Assembly (NCBI GenBank): GCA_904420535.1
Contig: CAJFVQ010000083.1
Span: forward strand, 33,537 to 97,536
From: Candidatus Cryptoclostridium obscurum
GTDB taxonomy: Bacteria; Bacillota; Dehalobacteriia; UBA7702
DNA: 64,000 bases
Reading direction: 5' to 3'
In this document: positions 59,101-64,000 of the stretch, in pieces
Position numbering within the stretch: position 1 is the first letter of the stretch
How the letters are laid out: each line of letters starts with the position of its first letter
Notes under the pieces: model-generated
The model's database searches: none
What the model was told of the DNA's origin: nothing
Seen by the model: the letters and a program-made list of their open reading frames with translations, nothing else
Position numbers and translations under genes: made by a program

Positions 59101-60408
59101 ATTGTGGATGCGAATGGCTTTCATGTCTTGTCCGCCAATATCAAGGATAAACTCAACCCCTGGCAAAAATTCATCAGCGGCTTTGTAATGGCTCATGGTT
59201 TCCACTTCACCAATATCTGCGTGGAGTGCTGCCTTGACCAAGTCTTCGCCATAACCCGTCACAGCAGAAGAAACAATTTTTGCTGTCGGTGGCAATTTTT
59301 GATAAATGTCTTTTAAAATTTCAATGCCGCGGTCCACCGGTTCTCCTTGATTTCCCGCATAAAAAGAATAGACGATATCTTTGTTTTCGTCAATCAATAC
59401 CGCTTTTGATGTGGTAGAACCAGCATCAATTCCCAAAAAGAGATTGCCTTTTGCCTCGGATAGGGGCTTTTGGCCGGCCTTTGCCTTGTTGTGACGGGCA
59501 CGGAACGTTGCCAATTCCTCTTCGTTGGCAAAAAGAGGCTCTAACCCCTGGGCTTCATTTAATTCTTCCACATTTAACTGCTCAAGACGACCGATTACAT
59601 CAGAAATAAATTCGTCTTTCGCTTCTTTTTCATGATTCAGCGCCAAAGCACAGCCCATGGATACATAATAGTGGGCATTTTCCGGCAAAATCGCAGTTTC
59701 ATCATTAAGATCCAAAGTGTCCATGAAAGCCTGCCGAAGCTGGGGAAGAAAATGAAGGGGACCGCCGAGAAATGCGACTTTGCCACGAATTGGTTTTCCG
59801 CAGGCTAAGCCGCTGATGGTTTGGTTAACAACCGCCTGGAAGATGGAAGCGGCAATATCTTCTTTGGCAGCACCCTGATTGATCAGAGGCTGAATATCCG
59901 TTTTGGCAAAAACACCGCAACGGGAAGCAATGGGATAAATCGTTTTATGATGAGTTGCCAATTCATTGAGGCCTGCGGCATCAGTCTGTAATAGCAGTGC
60001 CATTTGGTCGATAAATGCTCCGGTGCCACCGGCGCAAGCACCATTCATTCGCTGTTCCATCACTTTGCCAAAATAAGTGATTTTTGCATCTTCGCCCCCT
60101 AGCTCAATGACGACGTCGGTTTGGGGAATATAGTTTTCAACCGCTTCTGTGCAGGCAATTACTTCTTGGATGAAGGGGAGTCCCACGTGTTCAGCGAGAC
60201 TGAGTCCCCCCGAACCCGTAATTGCCATTTTAATTTTTACATCGCCGATGGCTTCCATGGTTTGCTTTAAAACGTCGGAGGCAGTGGCACGAACATCGGA
60301 AAAATGGCGTTGATATTGTTGAAATATAATATCGGCCTCGTTGGACAACACGGTTACCTTGACAGTGGTGGATCCAATATCAAGACCGAGAACTGAAGGT
60401 TGTTTCAT
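56152..60408 (-). CDS. Large fusion protein: tandem BadF/BadG/BcrA/BcrD-type ATPase (CoA-substrate-specific enzyme activase) domains plus a C-terminal 2-hydroxyacyl-CoA dehydratase-like / DUF2229-type region
   Basis: Two acetate/sugar-kinase-fold ATPase repeats ([11 protein letters not shown]..., [11 protein letters not shown]...). Cys clusters typical of activases (CEKCANHC). About 700-aa C-terminal dehydratase-component-like domain. 1418 aa. Confidence 0.75.
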   Translation of the reverse strand: MKQPSVLGLDIGSTTVKVTVLSNEADIIFQQYQRHFSDVRATASDVLKQTMEAIGDVKIKMAITGSGGLSLAEHVGLPFIQEVIACTEAVENYIPQTDVVIELGGEDAKITYFGKVMEQRMNGACAGGTGAFIDQMALLLQTDAAGLNELATHHKTIYPIASRCGVFAKTDIQPLINQGAAKEDIAASIFQAVVNQTISGLACGKPIRGKVAFLGGPLHFLPQLRQAFMDTLDLNDETAILPENAHYYVSMGCALALNHEKEAKDEFISDVIGRLEQLNVEELNEAQGLEPLFANEEELATFRARHNKAKAGQKPLSEAKGNLFLGIDAGSTTSKAVLIDENKDIVYSFYAGNQGEPVDRGIEILKDIYQKLPPTAKIVSSAVTGYGEDLVKAALHADIGEVETMSHYKAADEFLPGVEFILDIGGQDMKAIRIHNGIIESIILNEACSSGCGSFIETFAKSLDMSVQDFAAAATKSRTPVDLGNRCTVFMNSKVKQAQKEGASVEDISAGLSYSVIKNALYKVIKIRRPEEFGEKILAQGGTFYNEAVLRAFEKETKREVIRPDIAGLMGAFGAALIAMERYDGSPTTLISEEELEKFGYDKSYRHCEKCANHCLLTVMEFADGSHFISGNRCERGAGVEVKKNDIPNLFDYKYKRLFQYTPLKKSEASRGEIGVPRVLNMYDDYPFWFTFLTKLGFRVILSPKSDKKIFEQGMETIPSEAVCYPAKLAHGHIQSLIDKGISRIFYPAVVYEQKEYTDSDNNFNCPVVSGYPDVIKNNVEDLREKNIQYLRPYVTLNHREKLIKVLHQYLSKETDWQISLQEITSAVDDALAELSHYKEDMKQAGINALDYIKNHDIHGIVLAGRPYHTDPEINHGIANLVTAQGMAVLSEDSVAHLVPTERPLRVRDQWSYHSRLYAAATFVAQRDDLDLIQLTSFGCGLDAVTSDQVAEILERHNKIYTTIKIDEGDNLGAARIRIRSLKVTIDEKKQKEKEQSHFSEIKPEERPLFTKEMKSRHTLLAPQMSPIHFQFLTDAMQANGYNLEVLPQVDVESVEEGLKYVHNDACYPCILTTGQLIAALKSGRYDLNNVSLLMTQTGGQCRATNYVSFIRKGLKDAGLGHIPVIAISAQMLEKHPGMEWTYQLIKQCLIAVNYGDVLMNVLYRVRPYEKEKGSAEALYQKWVKRGKETVRIGKMSRFKKDMKELVQEFDRLPLVDEKKPRVGLVGEILVKFSPDANNHIVELIEKEGGEAVMPSLMDFLLYCAYNSIYKAEYLEGSKKAARISRLIIAVLEWTRKSMKKALSQSKRFDPPATIYQLADYAKDVVSLGNQAGEGWFLTGEMIELIHQGADNIVCMQPFACLPNHITGRGALKELRRKFPDSNIVAVDYDPGASESNQINRIKLMMSVAKKRLTEEKK

Positions 60409-60486
60409 ATAGGCAACAAACTCCTCTCATGGAAAGGTAATATTTTAATGAGTGATTGGATTTCTTTCTACAAATTAATATATATT

Positions 60487-60504
60487 TTGTGCAATTTCGC
60501 ACAA
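60487..60504. promoter_or_regulatory. 18-bp palindrome TTGTGCAATTTCGCACAA (candidate Rex/CRP-FNR-type operator) in the divergent intergenic region
   Basis: Inverted repeat TTGTGC-N6-GCACAA seen directly. Close to the Rex consensus TTGTGAA-N4-TTCACAA and to a CRP-type TGTGA-N6-TCACA. TATAAT lies 6 nt downstream. Confidence 0.3.
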
Positions 60505-60658
60505 TAAAATTATAATATATCTTTCGTCAAAAAGCTACCGACAATTTTATCAAAAGTGTCTAGTTCTTGCCAATATCAACAAAAATCTCCGTAACTGTTA
60601 GATTTCCGCTTTTAAAAGAAGGAAATATTTGTTATAATATTTTTTTAAGGAGGTTTAC

Positions 60659-63298
60659 ATGAAAATTATTATTGGACATCCTAATTTGGATTTCGACGCT
60701 CTTGCTTCCATGGTGGCGGCAAAAAAATTATATCCCGATGCTGTTATGGTTACGGTGGGAAAGGCGGACCATAATGTCATGGACTTTATGAATTTGCACA
60801 GCGAGACGATCGAAATTCAAAATTATATCAATAAAAAAGACGTCGATACTCTTATTATGGTTGATACCCGAAGCGGTAAGCGTCTTCAAGAATTTTCTTC
60901 AGTGTTGGAAAACGAGCCTTGTAATGTCATCATCTATGATCACCATATGCCTTGCGATTACGAGATAGACGGGGCAGAGCTGCATTATGATGCGGTTGGA
61001 GCCAATGTGACCCAAATGATTGAATTGATCCAGGAGCGTGGACTGGAGATCACTCCCCAAGAGGCTACGGTATTTGCGTTGGGAATATATGAAGACACCG
61101 GTTCCCTGTCTTATACCTCTACAACAGTGCGTGATATTGAGGCTGCGGCTTGGACCTTAGAACATGGTGCAAATCTCGGTGTTGTGCGTAACTATATCAA
61201 CCGTTCCTTCACCCCTGAACAGCAAGAATTATTGAATACCCTCATGGCCAATTGTCATGTAGAAAAGATTCGCGGTAAAAAGATTCTTTTTTCTACTGCA
61301 AAAACGCAAGAATTTATCGGTGAATTGGCTTCTCTTACAGGAAAACTGCGGGATTTTCATATTGTAGACGCCGTTTTTACTGTAGTACAGATGGGAAAAC
61401 GTATTTATATTGTTTCCCGCAGCAGTTCGGAACAAATTAACGTTCGTGATATTCTAAAATTTTACGGTGGCATGGGGCATGATCATGCTTCCTCTGCTAC
61501 CATCCGCGATTTAGAATCAGATGGAGAACATCTTACCGTTGACGATGTTGTTGCAAAAATCCGCTCCATTTTATCGGAAACCATTGCACCGCCGCTTATG
61601 GTAAAAGACATCATGACCACCCCGGTAAAAACCATTGACGCAAGAACCACCATTCAGGAAGTAGAAGACTACCTGATTCGCTATGGTCATTCCGGTTACC
61701 CGGTAATGGAAGACGGAAAACTCATCGGCATTATTTCCCGCCGCGATGTGGAAAAGGCCATTTATCACGGCTTTGGCAAGGTTCCCGTGAAAGGATACAT
61801 GTCGCATCATGTGATTACGATTCCCGAAGATTTACCGGTAGAAGAGGCACGTGCGATGATGCTGGAAGAAAATGTTGGACGATTTCCCGTGGTACGCGGT
61901 GATGAGCTGGTAGGAATTATTTCTCGTACTGACTTATTACAGCTTCTTTATGGTGAAAAAGTAACAACTCGCCACAAAACAACTTACGAACCTTCGGAAA
62001 TCGCTGTCGATACCAGCAATGTGTTGTTAAAACTAAAAAAATCCTTACCGGAAAGAACCTATCGTATTTTAGGGGAAATCGCTTCTCTGGCAGATCGAGA
62101 AGGATATCGTGTGTTTCTTGTAGGGGGACTTGTTCGTGATATGCTTCTTGAAACATCCTCATCTGATTTAGATATTGTAGTGGAAGGGGATGGAATCGCA
62201 TTTGCACGCTTGGTGGCGGAGCAATACCATGGTCATTTGACGGCATATGAAAAATTCGGTACTTCCAATGTCTTAATTGACGGTTTTTTGAAATTGGATA
62301 TCGCCTCAGCACGTACGGAGTTTTATGAGTATCCCGCTGCTTTGCCTCAAGTGGAAAACAGTACTTTGCGCCAAGACCTTTATCGCCGAGATTTTACCAT
62401 CAACGCGATGGCAATTTCTTTGAACTTTTCCACGATCGGTCAATTGGTTGACTACTACAATGGTCGAGAAGATATCATAAACAAAAAGATCAGAGTGCTC
62501 CATAATCTCAGTTTTGTGGAGGATCCTACCAGAATCATGAGAGCAATCCGTTTTGCGGTTCGTTACGGGTTTCAGCTGGAAGAAGAAACAGAAATGTTTG
62601 CACGTAAAGCCATTGCTGACGGCGTATTCGATCAACTTTCTTATCGTCGTATATGGCAGGAAGTAATGATTTCTTTGCGTGAAGATAAACCGTATGAGAT
62701 CTTAGAACAATTTAATGAATTCGGTCTGTGGAAATATATCTTTCCGGGCCATCCTTTTGATTTTTCCTTAAAGGATACCAGTGAGTTTTTGGAAAACCAT
62801 GTGCCCTTTTTAAAATATTTAAAAACGAAGCCGAGCGTTCCTCTAATTTATTTCTTATTACTTGTATATGATATGAGTAAAGATGAATTGGACCAATTTT
62901 TTGAAAAAGTTGAGGGGCGACGTCATTATAAAGACTGTGCTTATTATGTCAACCGTGCCAAAGGATATTTTTTTGACGAGATTTCCAATTTAGATATTGT
63001 AGAGTGGTATAAGACTTTTTCGGAGCAAAATCCGGAAATTATCATTGTACTTTTGCTTAAGGCCAATCAGGAACAGCGTAAAATTATTGGCAGTGCTGCT
63101 GTACGGTTTTTCCGTTTCCGTTTAAAATCAAGCCGTCATGAGATCAAAAAATTAGTGGGAAAACAAAGAAAAATCCTGCAACAGATTGTGGATGATTTGA
63201 TTCGGGAAAAAACTTTGGGTAAATTGAATACAAAAGAAGAGGAATTGAATTATGTGAAGTCGAATCTAGAACAAGGGAAGTACGGCAAGGAAGAGTGA
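60659..63298 (+). CDS. Multidomain protein: DHH/DHHA1 phosphoesterase + CBS pair + polyA-polymerase / CCA-adding-enzyme head domain with C-terminal helical region
   Basis: DHH motifs (DFDAL, MVDTRS, IYDHH). CBS pair (IMTTPV..., HVITIPE...). Nucleotidyltransferase head FLVGGLVRDMLL...DLDIVVEG...RRDFTINAMA. 879 aa. A strong extended -10 (TGTTATAAT) lies 17 nt before the RBS. Confidence 0.75.
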   Translation: MKIIIGHPNLDFDALASMVAAKKLYPDAVMVTVGKADHNVMDFMNLHSETIEIQNYINKKDVDTLIMVDTRSGKRLQEFSSVLENEPCNVIIYDHHMPCDYEIDGAELHYDAVGANVTQMIELIQERGLEITPQEATVFALGIYEDTGSLSYTSTTVRDIEAAAWTLEHGANLGVVRNYINRSFTPEQQELLNTLMANCHVEKIRGKKILFSTAKTQEFIGELASLTGKLRDFHIVDAVFTVVQMGKRIYIVSRSSSEQINVRDILKFYGGMGHDHASSATIRDLESDGEHLTVDDVVAKIRSILSETIAPPLMVKDIMTTPVKTIDARTTIQEVEDYLIRYGHSGYPVMEDGKLIGIISRRDVEKAIYHGFGKVPVKGYMSHHVITIPEDLPVEEARAMMLEENVGRFPVVRGDELVGIISRTDLLQLLYGEKVTTRHKTTYEPSEIAVDTSNVLLKLKKSLPERTYRILGEIASLADREGYRVFLVGGLVRDMLLETSSSDLDIVVEGDGIAFARLVAEQYHGHLTAYEKFGTSNVLIDGFLKLDIASARTEFYEYPAALPQVENSTLRQDLYRRDFTINAMAISLNFSTIGQLVDYYNGREDIINKKIRVLHNLSFVEDPTRIMRAIRFAVRYGFQLEEETEMFARKAIADGVFDQLSYRRIWQEVMISLREDKPYEILEQFNEFGLWKYIFPGHPFDFSLKDTSEFLENHVPFLKYLKTKPSVPLIYFLLLVYDMSKDELDQFFEKVEGRRHYKDCAYYVNRAKGYFFDEISNLDIVEWYKTFSEQNPEIIIVLLLKANQEQRKIIGSAAVRFFRFRLKSSRHEIKKLVGKQRKILQQIVDDLIREKTLGKLNTKEEELNYVKSNLEQGKYGKEE

Positions 63299-63347
63299 AT
63301 ACCGTGATAGCAAGTAAATATGAGATCCGTACGAAAGGGAGTATGCT

Positions 63348-64000
63348 ATGCTGGATCTTAATTTAACAAGAATTCTTTTAACCATTCCCGCATTGATTAT
63401 TGCTTTGACACTCCATGAACTGTCTCATGGTTGGGTCGCCTACCGCTTAGGGGATACGACGGCCAAGAGCCAAGGACGCTTGAGTTTGAATCCGTTAAAA
63501 CACATTGATCCGCTAGGCGCTTTATTTCTTTTGATTGTTGGTTTTGGCTGGGCAAAACCGGTTCCGGTCAACCCCTATGCCTTTAAGAATCGAGACAAAG
63601 GGATGGCCTTGGTGGCCATTGCCGGGCCGCTGTCCAATTTGGTCATGGCGCTTTTAGGCGGCATCGGTTTGATGATATCATATCATTTTTTTCAAAGTGC
63701 TGTTTATACAGGAACTTCCTATACGGTTCATGAATACTTGACATATTTTTGGATGTATTTTATCCAAATCAACGTCGTATTGATGATATTTAATTTGATT
63801 CCGGTTCCTCCTCTAGATGGTTCTAGGGTCGTTCGTGCTTTTTTATCTACGGATGGGAAGATTCGTTATGATCGTATCGAACAATTTGGTATGTTTATTA
63901 TGATGGCCATGTGTCTGCCAATTTTTGGCGGCTATTCTATTATTGGTTTTATTTTAACGAAACCGGTAAGTGCAATTTCAAAGTTTATTTACAGTTTGGC
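63348..64000 (+). CDS. Peptidase M50 (site-2 protease family) membrane metalloprotease, 3'-partial at the window end
   Basis: HELSHG zinc motif in the first TM helix. RBS GAAAGGGAG. The frame is open to the end of the window. Confidence 0.7.
   Translation, partial: MLDLNLTRILLTIPALIIALTLHELSHGWVAYRLGDTTAKSQGRLSLNPLKHIDPLGALFLLIVGFGWAKPVPVNPYAFKNRDKGMALVAIAGPLSNLVMALLGGIGLMISYHFFQSAVYTGTSYTVHEYLTYFWMYFIQINVVLMIFNLIPVPPLDGSRVVRAFLSTDGKIRYDRIEQFGMFIMMAMCLPIFGGYSIIGFILTKPVSAISKFIYSL

Overview
The window is a 64 kb chromosomal segment with Firmicutes-type organisation (Clostridia/Negativicutes-like synteny), almost entirely densely packed housekeeping genes. In order it contains: nrdD-nrdG; priA-def-fmt-(Zn peptidase)-rsmB-rlmN-prpC-prkC-rsgA-rpe; an FMN riboswitch driving ribD-ribE-ribBA-ribH; thiN; an HD-domain protein; a DUF2500-like membrane protein; an APC permease; yigZ; a divergent SMR (sugE/gdx-like) gene; miaB-ymcA-mutS-mutL-miaA-hfq plus a Met-gamma-lyase-family protein and an alanine:cation symporter; lexA; a GNAT acetyltransferase; an Fe-S protein; ddh; an ECF sigma/anti-sigma pair; polA followed by an in-frame Fpg-CoaE fusion ORF and a lytic transglycosylase; tRNA-Leu(GAG); a cobalamin riboswitch sitting immediately upstream of a LysR regulator, an AstE/AspA-type deacylase, a Dpp/Nik-type ABC importer and a MATE exporter; glpK; a two-gene operon of unknown function; rpmB; a 1418-aa double activase / dehydratase-like fusion; a DHH-CBS-polyA-polymerase-head protein; and a 3'-partial M50 protease. 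No CRISPR arrays, transposases, integrases or rRNA genes were seen. Points worth a second look: the B12-riboswitch-controlled regulator/transporter locus; the unknown two-gene operon between glpK and rpmB; an nrdD ORF that stops exactly where the glycyl-radical Gly should be; the Fpg-CoaE fusion; and several palindromic or repeat elements in intergenic regions.
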